A DNA stretch of 64,000 nucleotides from NCBI GenBank assembly GCA_963668175.1, contig OY764159.1, positions 3,072,001 to 3,136,000 on the forward strand, read 5' to 3'. The DNA comes from Syntrophales bacterium (GTDB lineage: Bacteria; Desulfobacterota; Syntrophia; Syntrophales; PHBD01). The position numbers and the translations under genes were made by a program. The notes beneath the pieces were generated by a model that was not told the origin of the DNA, made no database searches, and saw nothing but the letters and a program-made list of their open reading frames with translations. Positions 8,421-17,514 of this stretch are shown here, piece by piece (the first letter of the stretch is position 1; every line of letters starts with the position of its first letter).

Positions 8421-11000
8421 ATGGAGCATCGCCATGAAATGGACCGAAGAGGTTTCCTGAAGATCGCCGGCGCCGTGGGAATCGGCGCGGCGGCAACCGC
8501 TTTTCCCTTCAGGAATCTTCAGCAGGCCTGGGCTTTTGGAGAACATCCCCAGGAAAAACCGTCATATGTATACAAGAAGAAAGTGCCGCAGGTTTGCGCC
8601 CGTGCCTGCGAAGCGGATTGCGCCTATTATGTCGTCATGGGCGTAGACCCGGCAACGGGATTGGAAAGGGCCATCACCCTGGAAGGCCGTCCGGAGGACC
8701 CTGTCTCCCGCGGCAAGTTCTGCATCAAGGGCCTCGGTTTCGTCGACTCCGTCTACGATCCCGACCGCCTCATGGTCTCTCTCAAACGGACCAACCCGAA
8801 AAAGGGAACGGATGAGGACCCCGGCTGGGTGACGATGAAGACATCCGACGCCGTAAAGGAAGTCATTGAGGGTCTTAAGAAGGTGAAACGCGAAGAGATC
8901 CTTTTCGCCTCGCCCGGCGACCCCTATACGAACCGCCTCTGCCTGTCGCTCGGTTCCACGAGAAGCGACCAGCGGACGGAATGTTTCGGCACCCACTACT
9001 ACATCAACTGCCTGACGCTGACGAACCCGCCGAATAAATACTACATGAGCACGTACACGCCGAGCCATCACGTCTGCGGCTACGATTACGACAACGCCAA
9101 GTACCAGGTCTGGTTCGGCTTCGATTCGTTCTCCAAGTGCGGCAAGGCGGGCATGCTCAATCACTGGGCGACCGGCAAGAAGAACGGCGCCAAGATCGTC
9201 ATGTTCAACCCCGTCCGGACCCCGCTGTGCGACGGCTACGCCAGCGAATTTCATACCATCAAACCCGGCACGGATCTGGCGGTGGCCCTGGCCATGATCC
9301 AGATCATAACTTCCGGCAAGAAATACAACACCTCTTTCCTGAAGAAATATTCGGATGCCGCAGCCCTTGTCGACGTCAAGACCAAGATGACGATCAAGGG
9401 TGAAAACGACACCTTGCTCGCCTGGTGTGTCAAGCACAAGAAGGCCGAACCCATCGACGAATGTCACGAGCCGGCCCTGGGCGGCGGCCCCTTCAAAGTG
9501 ACGATCGGCGGAGAGACGGTGAATGCCAAACCCGTCATCGGGCTCCTTGCCGAATCGGTCAAGACCTGCACCCCCGACTGGGCGTCAAAAATCTCCGAAG
9601 TTCCGGCCAAGTCGATCCGCAAGATCGCCCTGGAGTTTGCCGCCGCGGCGCCGCGATCCTTCATTCCGACCTACAAGCGCGATGCCGCAGGCCCCAACTA
9701 CGCCAACAGCTGGCGGCTCCGCCATGCCATCAGCGTCCTGAACACGCTGAACGGCGCCATCGATCATGACGGCGGCGTGCTCCTGGTCCACGGAGTGAAA
9801 ATTCCCTGGCTGGAAGAAATGTACCCGCCGGCCGTACCGTTCCCCGAACAGCCCGCCGAACCGGTGGACTTCCGGAACGAGTTTCCCGTCACGGACAACA
9901 TATACCGTAAAAAGGACTTCTCCGCCCCCGGCCATTACGGCATGGTGGGTTGGGGTCTCTACAATACGAACCGGGCCAAGGTCATTTTCTTCCGCAATCC
10001 GCACCGGGGGCTTTTCGCCATGATCCAATCCCAGATGCTGGAGAAGGCTACGGATAAGATGCAGATGGTCGTCGACTGGAACCTCTACCTGGACGACCTG
10101 GGCTACTTCTGCGACTACGTCATCCCGGCGCCGCATCAATTCGAGGAAGCGAAACTCGACACCAGGCTCTACTATCCCAAAAATCCCTGTCTCGTCGGCG
10201 GTGCCCCCATCCAGAAATCGCCGGGCGACCAGATCGGCTGGGGCGGATTCGCCATGGCCATCGGCCTGGCCATGGCCCCCAAATACTGGACCACCGACGG
10301 CAGCGAAGATCCCGCGAAGAAGATCTCCACCAATATCGGCGATGTGGCCGTTAAGAACACCGGCGCCGGCGATAACACGGGCGACTTCATGAATAAGGGC
10401 GCGTTCTGGATCGACAAGAAGCCTTACGAGGATTACAAGCAGCTCGGCGAGATCGGGTACGGCAGGCCCAACGGACGCATCCGGATGTACATCGACGAAT
10501 TCGTTCCCGTCGGCCACGAGCCCCTTCCCAAATGGGCCGCACGCTGGCATACGTCCACCGGTCCCTATAAGTTCTCTTTGCTTATCACCCGCGCGCCCTG
10601 GTATATGCATGCCGATCCCAACTTCGTGAACAACGCCGTTCTCAGGGAAGCGACCGTGAGAAATCACATGGACTGCGTCTGGATGAACCCGGAGGCGGCC
10701 AAGAAGCTTGGTTTGCAGGAAGGCGACATGATCATTCTGGAGAACGACCCCGCCTTCATGAAGGTCCTCCCCAGGCCCCAGAAAGCCAAGCTTCACTTGA
10801 CGAAACGCATCACCCGGCAGGATTGCATCCTGACCTTCCACGGCATCGGTCACCGCGCCAAGAACCTGAAGGTTGCTAAGGATTTCGGTTACCGTGACGG
10901 CGATCTCATCCCCCAAAAGGATCCCAACATCGTGAAGAAGCACGATCCCACCGGGATGGGCTGGGTGGAAGACGTCTTCGTCAGTATCAAAAAAGCATAA
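8421..11000 (+). CDS. Tat-exported molybdopterin oxidoreductase catalytic subunit (DMSO reductase superfamily)
   Basis: RBS AGGAGG; Tat motif DRRGFLK; Fe-S motif CARACEADC...GKFCIKG; IKPGTDLAVALAM; C-terminal WMNPEAAKKLGLQEGD molydopterin-binding domain. Confidence 0.9.
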   Translation: MEHRHEMDRRGFLKIAGAVGIGAAATAFPFRNLQQAWAFGEHPQEKPSYVYKKKVPQVCARACEADCAYYVVMGVDPATGLERAITLEGRPEDPVSRGKFCIKGLGFVDSVYDPDRLMVSLKRTNPKKGTDEDPGWVTMKTSDAVKEVIEGLKKVKREEILFASPGDPYTNRLCLSLGSTRSDQRTECFGTHYYINCLTLTNPPNKYYMSTYTPSHHVCGYDYDNAKYQVWFGFDSFSKCGKAGMLNHWATGKKNGAKIVMFNPVRTPLCDGYASEFHTIKPGTDLAVALAMIQIITSGKKYNTSFLKKYSDAAALVDVKTKMTIKGENDTLLAWCVKHKKAEPIDECHEPALGGGPFKVTIGGETVNAKPVIGLLAESVKTCTPDWASKISEVPAKSIRKIALEFAAAAPRSFIPTYKRDAAGPNYANSWRLRHAISVLNTLNGAIDHDGGVLLVHGVKIPWLEEMYPPAVPFPEQPAEPVDFRNEFPVTDNIYRKKDFSAPGHYGMVGWGLYNTNRAKVIFFRNPHRGLFAMIQSQMLEKATDKMQMVVDWNLYLDDLGYFCDYVIPAPHQFEEAKLDTRLYYPKNPCLVGGAPIQKSPGDQIGWGGFAMAIGLAMAPKYWTTDGSEDPAKKISTNIGDVAVKNTGAGDNTGDFMNKGAFWIDKKPYEDYKQLGEIGYGRPNGRIRMYIDEFVPVGHEPLPKWAARWHTSTGPYKFSLLITRAPWYMHADPNFVNNAVLREATVRNHMDCVWMNPEAAKKLGLQEGDMIILENDPAFMKVLPRPQKAKLHLTKRITRQDCILTFHGIGHRAKNLKVAKDFGYRDGDLIPQKDPNIVKKHDPTGMGWVEDVFVSIKKA

Positions 11001-11015
11001 GCGAGGTGAACAACT

Positions 11016-11717
11016 ATGAAAGAATATGCCATTCTGCTCGACAATACCTTCTGCACCGGCTGCAACACCTGCAGTTACCGGTGTGTCCAGGAGTTCCGAT
11101 ATCACGATCAGGCGGCGAAAGGACTTTTCCGGACCTTCGTCACGATCAATGACGAAGGCCTCTATCATAAACGATGCATGCACTGCCTCGATCCGCAGTG
11201 TGTCAAGAACTGCCCCGTCAAGGCCCTGACGAAATCCGATTACGGCCCCGTTCTCTACAGCAGGGAGACCTGCATCGGCTGCCAGATGTGCACGAAGGTC
11301 TGTCCTTTCCACATCCCGCAGTTCGACGAAGCGACGAAGAAGATCGTCAAATGCAGCCTCTGCGCCCATCGTGTAGGCGACGGCAAACAGCCCGCCTGCG
11401 TCGAGGTCTGCCCGACCGGAGCGCTGCAATTCGGCGAATACCAAGCCATCAAGGATCAGGCACTGAAGCTGGCCAAGACGAAGAAGCTCAACCTGTATGG
11501 CTATGAGGAAAACGGCGGGACCCATCTCTTTGTCCTCGCCAAGGAGAATTTCGCAGCGGCCGGCTATCCGAAGGTCGCCAAACGCAAGATCAACGTGGGC
11601 GGCGTCAACCTCGGTGACGGCCTGACCGTTCCCGCCATGGCGGCGGCCATGGCCGCGACCGGTTTCAAGAAACTGGCCGACCGCAAAGACCGGATCGCCA
11701 AAGAAGAAAAGGAATAA
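11016..11717 (+). CDS. 4x[4Fe-4S] electron-transfer subunit (DmsB/FdnH/HybA-like)
   Basis: Four Cys groups: CTGCNTCSYRC, CMHC..C..CP, CIGCQMCTKVCP, CSLC...CVEVCP. Confidence 0.92.
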   Translation: MKEYAILLDNTFCTGCNTCSYRCVQEFRYHDQAAKGLFRTFVTINDEGLYHKRCMHCLDPQCVKNCPVKALTKSDYGPVLYSRETCIGCQMCTKVCPFHIPQFDEATKKIVKCSLCAHRVGDGKQPACVEVCPTGALQFGEYQAIKDQALKLAKTKKLNLYGYEENGGTHLFVLAKENFAAAGYPKVAKRKINVGGVNLGDGLTVPAMAAAMAATGFKKLADRKDRIAKEEKE

Positions 11718-11734
11718 GACGTTTAAGCTACGAT

Positions 11735-11769
11735 GACGGGCGGCATGATCGTGCCGCCCGTCTTTTATT
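11735..11769 (+). terminator. Rho-independent terminator
   Basis: 11-bp stem GACGGGCGGCA/TGCCGCCCGTC followed by TTTTATT. Confidence 0.8.
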
Positions 11770-11796
11770 CCCGCAATGAGAACCCTATTCGTCCGG

Positions 11797-11825
11797 TTGA
11801 CGCCGAACCGGAATCGAGGTAGAAT
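11797..11825 (+). promoter_or_regulatory. sigma70 promoter of the chaperone gene
   Basis: TTGACG-N17-TAGAAT, ending 6 nt before the ATG. Confidence 0.55.
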
Positions 11826-11831
11826 ACATCC

Positions 11832-12470
11832 ATGACTGCAATGAGCAACACCGATCGACTGCCCCATATCATGGCCCGGGCCGGGATCTTCCGCCATCTC
11901 GCCGACGGCTTCAATTACCCGGATGAGGTCCTTGTCCAGGCCCTTGCGGAAGGCGCTTACGCTGCAAACCTGGCCGACGCCCTGAAACGAACCGGTCTCG
12001 ATGCCGCCGCCGGCATTCTGGCCGATGCCGCCCCCGAGATGCCGGCAAGCCAGATCGATCTGGAGAAGGATTATACCTGGATGTGTTTCGCTTCGAAGCC
12101 GCGGCAGGTCTACCTTTTCGAATCGGTCTACCGCGAAGGCAAACTCCTTCAGGAATCCACCTTTCAGATCGCCAGACTCTATTACGAAGCGGGCCTGCAA
12201 TTGAGCGAGGCTTTCAAGCTGCCGCCGGACCATATCGCCGTGGAACTCGAATTCATGGCGTTCCTCTTCTTCAATGAAGCCGAGGCCGTCCGCGAAGGCC
12301 ATGCCGAGAAGGCGAACCTGGCGGTACGCCTGCAGGGCGAGGCCTTGCAGAAGCATCTCATGCCTTTCGGCCTGTCCGTCGCCGAAAGAATGGAAAAGCA
12401 CGCCAGGACCGTTTTCTATCGAACGTTGGCCCGGGTTCTCCGTGCCGTTCTGGAAGGCCCGGCCGTTTAA
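11832..12470 (+). CDS. TorD/DmsD family molybdoenzyme maturation chaperone
   Basis: YLFESVY and PPDHIAVELEFMAFL motifs; adjacent to the Tat molybdoenzyme. Confidence 0.9.
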   Translation: MTAMSNTDRLPHIMARAGIFRHLADGFNYPDEVLVQALAEGAYAANLADALKRTGLDAAAGILADAAPEMPASQIDLEKDYTWMCFASKPRQVYLFESVYREGKLLQESTFQIARLYYEAGLQLSEAFKLPPDHIAVELEFMAFLFFNEAEAVREGHAEKANLAVRLQGEALQKHLMPFGLSVAERMEKHARTVFYRTLARVLRAVLEGPAV

Positions 12471-12778
12471 CGCAGCCGCCGTCCGGATCCTCCTTGCCGT
12501 ATCCTGCGCCGGACCTTGTTCCGTCTTCCGCCGGGGAACGCCGCCGGACACATTGATCGTTATTCCAGCAAATATTCTTTGGGTTTCCGGAATATTAACG
12601 CCGCGATGCCCTGTACTCCGGTATCCGGCATACCCCTTACACGTTTCCCGCCCTATGGCTTTAACGATCTTTATTGCATCTGCCGTTATTCCTGCTATAT
12701 AATCTACATCAGTCGTCATGATCGGGATGTCCCGATCGTGTTTGACCCCATCGATCATCGAGAAGAGACAGCCAGGCC

Positions 12779-15700
12779 ATGCAGGAAACCGAACGACCAG
12801 CCAAGACGAAAGCCGTCTCCCGCCAGCGCCCGAAAGACGAATCCTCCCGGTCGGCGAAAGCCGTCACGGCACGGATGCCACGGCCGGGAGAGAAAGGCCT
12901 TCGCAAAGAGCCGCTGCTGGCGAAGACAAGGGATACAGGGTCCGGGGAGCCGAAACAGTCGGCGGCGGAACTGGAAGCGATCTTCGCCGCTCAGAGCGAC
13001 GCGGTGCTTCTGTACGACACCGGGATGAACGTCAGGAAGGCCAACCCGGTTTTCGCGTCCGTATACGGTTTCGATCCCGTCGGTCTTAACGTCCGCGAAA
13101 TCATCAAACGGGTTTCCTGCCGCTGGCTGGACGGACGGCCGTTCGACCTGGCGGATCAGCCCACGCCGCGGGCGTTGAAGGGCGAGAAAATCACCGGGGC
13201 CATATTCCAGGTGACACGCGGCGACGGGTCCGAGGCGGTCGTCGAAACATCTTCGGCGCCGGTCCTTGCGGGAGGCCGCATCGCCGGTTCCGTGACGGTC
13301 TGGCACGACATTTCGGCCATTAAACAGGCCGAAAACGGCCTGAAAGAGAGTGAAGAAAGACTGCGTCAGACGCAAATCTTCCTCGAAGAAGTGACCCGGG
13401 GAGCGAAGGTGCTGATCGCCACGGTGGACAGAGACTTTCGCTACACCTACTTCAACGAAGAACACCGACGGGAATTGAAACGCCTTACCGGCCTGGATAC
13501 AAGGATCGGCATGAGTCTGCATGAGGTTTTGGACGCTATGCCGGACCAGCGCCTGGCAGCATTTGACGTGTGGGGACGCGCTCTCAAGGGCGAGACGATT
13601 ATCCAGACGATGATGTTCGGCGACCCCGGACGCTATCGGAGATGGTACGAAACCCGCCACACGCCGATCCACGATGCCGACGGCGTCATCGTGGGCGCCG
13701 GGGAAGTCACTTCCGACATTACGGAATTGAAACAGGCGGAGGAGGTTTCCCGGACGGTCCTTCAGCGCTTCTTCACCATCCTTTCCAGCATCCACAGCGC
13801 CATACTCCTCGTCGATCAGGACGACCGCATCGAATACGCCAATCAGGCCTTCTGCGACTATTTCGCCCTGCCGGATAAGCCCGCCGAGCTGATCGGCCTG
13901 ACCGCAATGGAAACAACGTCGAGAATCAAGCAAGGCTACCTTCATCCCGACAGGGAAGTCGCCCGCATCCGCGAAATCGTCGAGAAGAGAGAACCGGTCC
14001 GCGACGAAGAAATTGCCATGCGGGACGGCCGGACGTGCCTGCGGGATTTCATCCCCGTCGAAATCGCCGGGGAAATGCACGGGCGGCTCTGGCATCACTA
14101 CGACATTACCGGGCGGAAGCAGGCCGAAGAGGCCCTCGCGGAGAGCGAAAAACGCTACCGGACGGTGGCGGATTTCACATACGACTGGGAATTCCTGCTT
14201 GGCCCCGACGGCAGGTTTTCATACGTCTCCCCGTCGGCCGAGCGGATCGTCGGCCGCCGGATCCCTATGGACATAACGGCCAAAGAATGGTTGAGGCTGA
14301 CCGTTCACCCGGAGGACCTGGATAAGCGCCTCCTGCATCTGAAGGAAGAATTGGAAGGCCGGGGCCCCAGCGAGCTTGAGTTCCGTATCGTCCGGCCGGA
14401 CGGCGACGTCCGCTGGCTGCACCACGTCTGCCAGCCCATTCACGACGATCGGGGCGTCTTTCTAGGCAGCCGGGGCTCGAACCGGGACATCACGGAACGC
14501 CGCCATACCGACGAGAACCTGCGCGAAACGCGCCAGCGCCTCGAAACCCTCGTGGACAGCATCTCCGACGGCTTCTACGCCCTGGATCGGGATTGGCGTT
14601 TCACCCATGTCAACGACGCGGCCCTCTCCCACATGGGCAGAACGAAGGAAAACGTTCTCGGTCTGACGCTTTTCGACGTCTTCCCCAAAACCCGGGGCAG
14701 CGCCGTCGAGGAAGAATACCGGCGCGCGATGGAAAGCCGGGAACCGCGCCACTTCGAAAACCCGTCGCTGATCTCAGGGCGCCTCCTCGAAATCCACGCC
14801 TACCCGGGCCGCGATATTCTCAGCGTCATCTTCAGGGACGTCACGGAGCAGGAACGCATGGCGGCGGCCCTCAGGGAAAGCGAAGCGCGTTACCGCCTCC
14901 TGGCCGACACGGCCGGACGCCTGCTGCGTTCGGAAGACCCCCAGGCGATTGTGGAAGGCCTGTGCCGGGGCGTCATGGCGCATCTCGACTGCCAGACGTT
15001 TTTCAATTTTCTTCTGGACGAGCGCCAAGGCAGGCTGCACCTGAACGCCTGCGCCGGAATCTCCCGCGAAGAGGCCCGTGCCATCGAGTGGCTGGATTTC
15101 GGCGTCGCCGTCTGCGGTTGCGTCGCCCGGGATGCGCAACGCATCATCGCCGAGGATATCCAGAACACACCCGACGAACGCACCGTCCTCGTCAAATCCT
15201 ACGGCATCCAGGCCTACTGCTGCCACCCCCTCATGGCGCAGGACCGCCTCATCGGCACCCTCTCCTTCGGCACGAAGACGCGGCCGCATTTTACCCCCGA
15301 GGAAGTGGAAGTGATGCGCACGGTCGCGGACCAGGTCGCCGTGGCCATGCAGCGCAAGCAGGCCGAACGCTACCTCCAGGAAGCAAACGACGAACTGGAG
15401 CGGCGCGTTACTGAAAGAACGCAAGAGCTGCAGGCCGCATCCGTCTATACGCGACGCCTTATCGAAACCAACCTCGATCCCCTGGTGACGATCAGCGCGG
15501 AAGGGAAGATTACGGACGTCAACGCCGCCACGGAGCTTGCCACGGGCCACTCTCGAAGCGAACTTCTCGGCTCTGACTTTTGCGATTATTTCACCGAGCC
15601 GGAAAAGGCAAGGATCGGATACACAAGAGTCTTCCTCGAAGGATTTGTCCGGGACTACTCCCTGGCCATCCGGCACCGGTCCGGGCGGATCACCGAGGTC

Positions 15701-16591
15701 ATCTATAACGCCTCGGTTTACAAAAACGAGAAGGGAGAGATCCTGGGGGTCTTCGCCGCGGCGCGCGACGTGACGGAATTGAGGCAGGCCCAGCTCGAGC
15801 TGCGCCAGTCCTACGAGGAATTGGAGCGACGTGTCGAAGAGCGGACCGCCGACCTGAAAGTGAGGACGGAACAGCTGGAGGCGGCCAACAAGGAACTGGA
15901 GAGCTTCAGCTATTCCATCTCCCACGACCTCCGCGCCCCCCTCCGGGCCATCGACGGTTACGCCCGCATGCTCCTCAAAAAACACGGGGATTCGTTCGAC
16001 GAGGAATCGTCCCGCCGCTTCAATACCATCCGCAGCAACGCCCAGATGATGGGTCAGCTCATCGACGATCTCCTCTCCTTCTCCCGCCTGAGCAGGGCGC
16101 GCCTCTCCCTGGCGGACCTGGACATGACGGGTCTGATCGCGGAGGTGTGGGGGGAATTGACGGAAAACAGCGAACGCCGTCCCGAATTTCTGTACGACGG
16201 CATTCCCCCGTGCATGGGCGACCGGGCGCTCATCAGACAGGTCCTTTCAAACCTTCTGTCCAATGCCGTCAAGTTCTCGTCCAAAAACGACCGGGCTTGC
16301 ATAGAGATGGGCGGCCGGCGGCAGGGTAGCGAAAACGTCTACTACGTCAGGGACAACGGCGTGGGTTTCGACATGCAGTATCACGACAAGCTCTTCGGCG
16401 TCTTCCAGCGCCTCCACGGGGCCGACGAATTCGAAGGCACGGGCGTGGGGCTCGCCATCGTCCAGCGGATCGTCCATAGGCACGGCGGCCGCGTCTGGGC
16501 CGAATCGAAGGAGAACGAAGGGGCGATTTTCTTCTTTTCCCTTCCCGTATCGGATACGAAGCAAGACCCGTCGTGGGATCGCGGCGTCTGA
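12779..16591 (+). CDS. Multi-PAS / GAF sensor histidine kinase
   Basis: Several PAS/PAC repeats, a GAF domain, H-box FSYSISHDLRAPLRAI, NLLSNAVKF, DNGVGFD, GTGVGLAIV. Confidence 0.93.
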   Translation: MQETERPAKTKAVSRQRPKDESSRSAKAVTARMPRPGEKGLRKEPLLAKTRDTGSGEPKQSAAELEAIFAAQSDAVLLYDTGMNVRKANPVFASVYGFDPVGLNVREIIKRVSCRWLDGRPFDLADQPTPRALKGEKITGAIFQVTRGDGSEAVVETSSAPVLAGGRIAGSVTVWHDISAIKQAENGLKESEERLRQTQIFLEEVTRGAKVLIATVDRDFRYTYFNEEHRRELKRLTGLDTRIGMSLHEVLDAMPDQRLAAFDVWGRALKGETIIQTMMFGDPGRYRRWYETRHTPIHDADGVIVGAGEVTSDITELKQAEEVSRTVLQRFFTILSSIHSAILLVDQDDRIEYANQAFCDYFALPDKPAELIGLTAMETTSRIKQGYLHPDREVARIREIVEKREPVRDEEIAMRDGRTCLRDFIPVEIAGEMHGRLWHHYDITGRKQAEEALAESEKRYRTVADFTYDWEFLLGPDGRFSYVSPSAERIVGRRIPMDITAKEWLRLTVHPEDLDKRLLHLKEELEGRGPSELEFRIVRPDGDVRWLHHVCQPIHDDRGVFLGSRGSNRDITERRHTDENLRETRQRLETLVDSISDGFYALDRDWRFTHVNDAALSHMGRTKENVLGLTLFDVFPKTRGSAVEEEYRRAMESREPRHFENPSLISGRLLEIHAYPGRDILSVIFRDVTEQERMAAALRESEARYRLLADTAGRLLRSEDPQAIVEGLCRGVMAHLDCQTFFNFLLDERQGRLHLNACAGISREEARAIEWLDFGVAVCGCVARDAQRIIAEDIQNTPDERTVLVKSYGIQAYCCHPLMAQDRLIGTLSFGTKTRPHFTPEEVEVMRTVADQVAVAMQRKQAERYLQEANDELERRVTERTQELQAASVYTRRLIETNLDPLVTISAEGKITDVNAATELATGHSRSELLGSDFCDYFTEPEKARIGYTRVFLEGFVRDYSLAIRHRSGRITEVIYNASVYKNEKGEILGVFAAARDVTELRQAQLELRQSYEELERRVEERTADLKVRTEQLEAANKELESFSYSISHDLRAPLRAIDGYARMLLKKHGDSFDEESSRRFNTIRSNAQMMGQLIDDLLSFSRLSRARLSLADLDMTGLIAEVWGELTENSERRPEFLYDGIPPCMGDRALIRQVLSNLLSNAVKFSSKNDRACIEMGGRRQGSENVYYVRDNGVGFDMQYHDKLFGVFQRLHGADEFEGTGVGLAIVQRIVHRHGGRVWAESKENEGAIFFFSLPVSDTKQDPSWDRGV

Positions 16592-16842
16592 GAAATCGTC
16601 CATCGCCGTCCGCGGACATTCCTCCATAAAACCGTACAGAACAGAACGGCACGAAGGCCTCTTCCGGCGGAGCATCGGCGAAACGCACCGCCGCCCCGGG
16701 TGGATACTTTGGACCCGGGCGGATACACCCGGCCGGATACATTCTATCCATCCATCTATCCATCCGTGCGCCAGGAATAATCAAGCCCCTTCGGAACGCC
16801 CGCAGAACGGGACTTGCCGCGCGACAAGATTTTTCTTTCCTT

Positions 16843-16858
16843 TGGCACCGAGATTGCT
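16843..16858 (+). promoter_or_regulatory. sigma54 (-24/-12) promoter
   Basis: TGGCAC-CGAGA-TTGCT upstream of the Spy/ZraP-like gene. Confidence 0.75.
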
Positions 16859-16897
16859 ATAGTGTTTTTAGCAACCCAGCGAGGACAGAGTATCGTC

Positions 16898-17443
16898 ATG
16901 AAAAGAACCGGCCTGATGGCAACCCTATTCCTGTTGTTCTTCCTCTGTTCCCATGCCGGCGCCGCCGAATGGGGAAGGGGACGGGGCGGTCCTCCCGGCC
17001 AGGGAGGGGATTTTACGGCCATTACGGGCCTCAATCTTACAGCCGAGCAGATTAACGCCATCAAAGCCCTCAGACAGGCCCATCTCACGGACATCAGGCC
17101 CCTTCAGGACAAGATGATGGCGAAACGCGAAGAACTGAAAGCGTTGTGGCTTGAAACCTCCCCGAATCGCGAAAAGATCGCGGTCGCCCAGGAGGAAACG
17201 GACAAGCTGCGGATGGAGATGCACGACAAGATAGCCGTCTACCGCCTGTCCGTCTACAGAATCCTGACGCCGGAACAGCAGGAGAAGGTCCGCTCCGCCG
17301 TCGAGGAAAGGACATTCCGCCGCGGCCCCCGATGGGGGCGGGAACGGCAGGACCGTCCGGGAATGGGGTGGGGCCAGGAACAAGCGGATCGCCCCAGTCC
17401 GCGGCCCGGGCAGGATCGTCCAGACAGGACAGGATACCGATAG
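16898..17443 (+). CDS. Spy/CpxP/ZraP family periplasmic protein
   Basis: Signal peptide; LNLTAEQ and ILTPEQ (LTxxQ) motifs; Gly/Arg-rich termini. Confidence 0.85.
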   Translation: MKRTGLMATLFLLFFLCSHAGAAEWGRGRGGPPGQGGDFTAITGLNLTAEQINAIKALRQAHLTDIRPLQDKMMAKREELKALWLETSPNREKIAVAQEETDKLRMEMHDKIAVYRLSVYRILTPEQQEKVRSAVEERTFRRGPRWGRERQDRPGMGWGQEQADRPSPRPGQDRPDRTGYR

Positions 17444-17514
17444 GGCATGATACCGCCGGATATCCCGTTAATGTCACGATACATCCGTGACAATAGTAAC
17501 CCCGCCGCAGCGCT

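Noticed and set aside
8421..11000. Selenocysteine or formate dehydrogenase identity for the molybdoenzyme
   Set aside because: No in-frame TGA and no RL(C/U)H FDH motif
9585..12758. Very long antisense ORFs (1057 aa here; also 45066-47777, 17896-20079, 27482-29194)
   Set aside because: Shadow frames opposite real genes in GC-rich DNA; no recognisable motifs
16744..16765. Short ATCC/CTATCC microsatellite
   Set aside because: Too short and intergenic, with no link to phase variation
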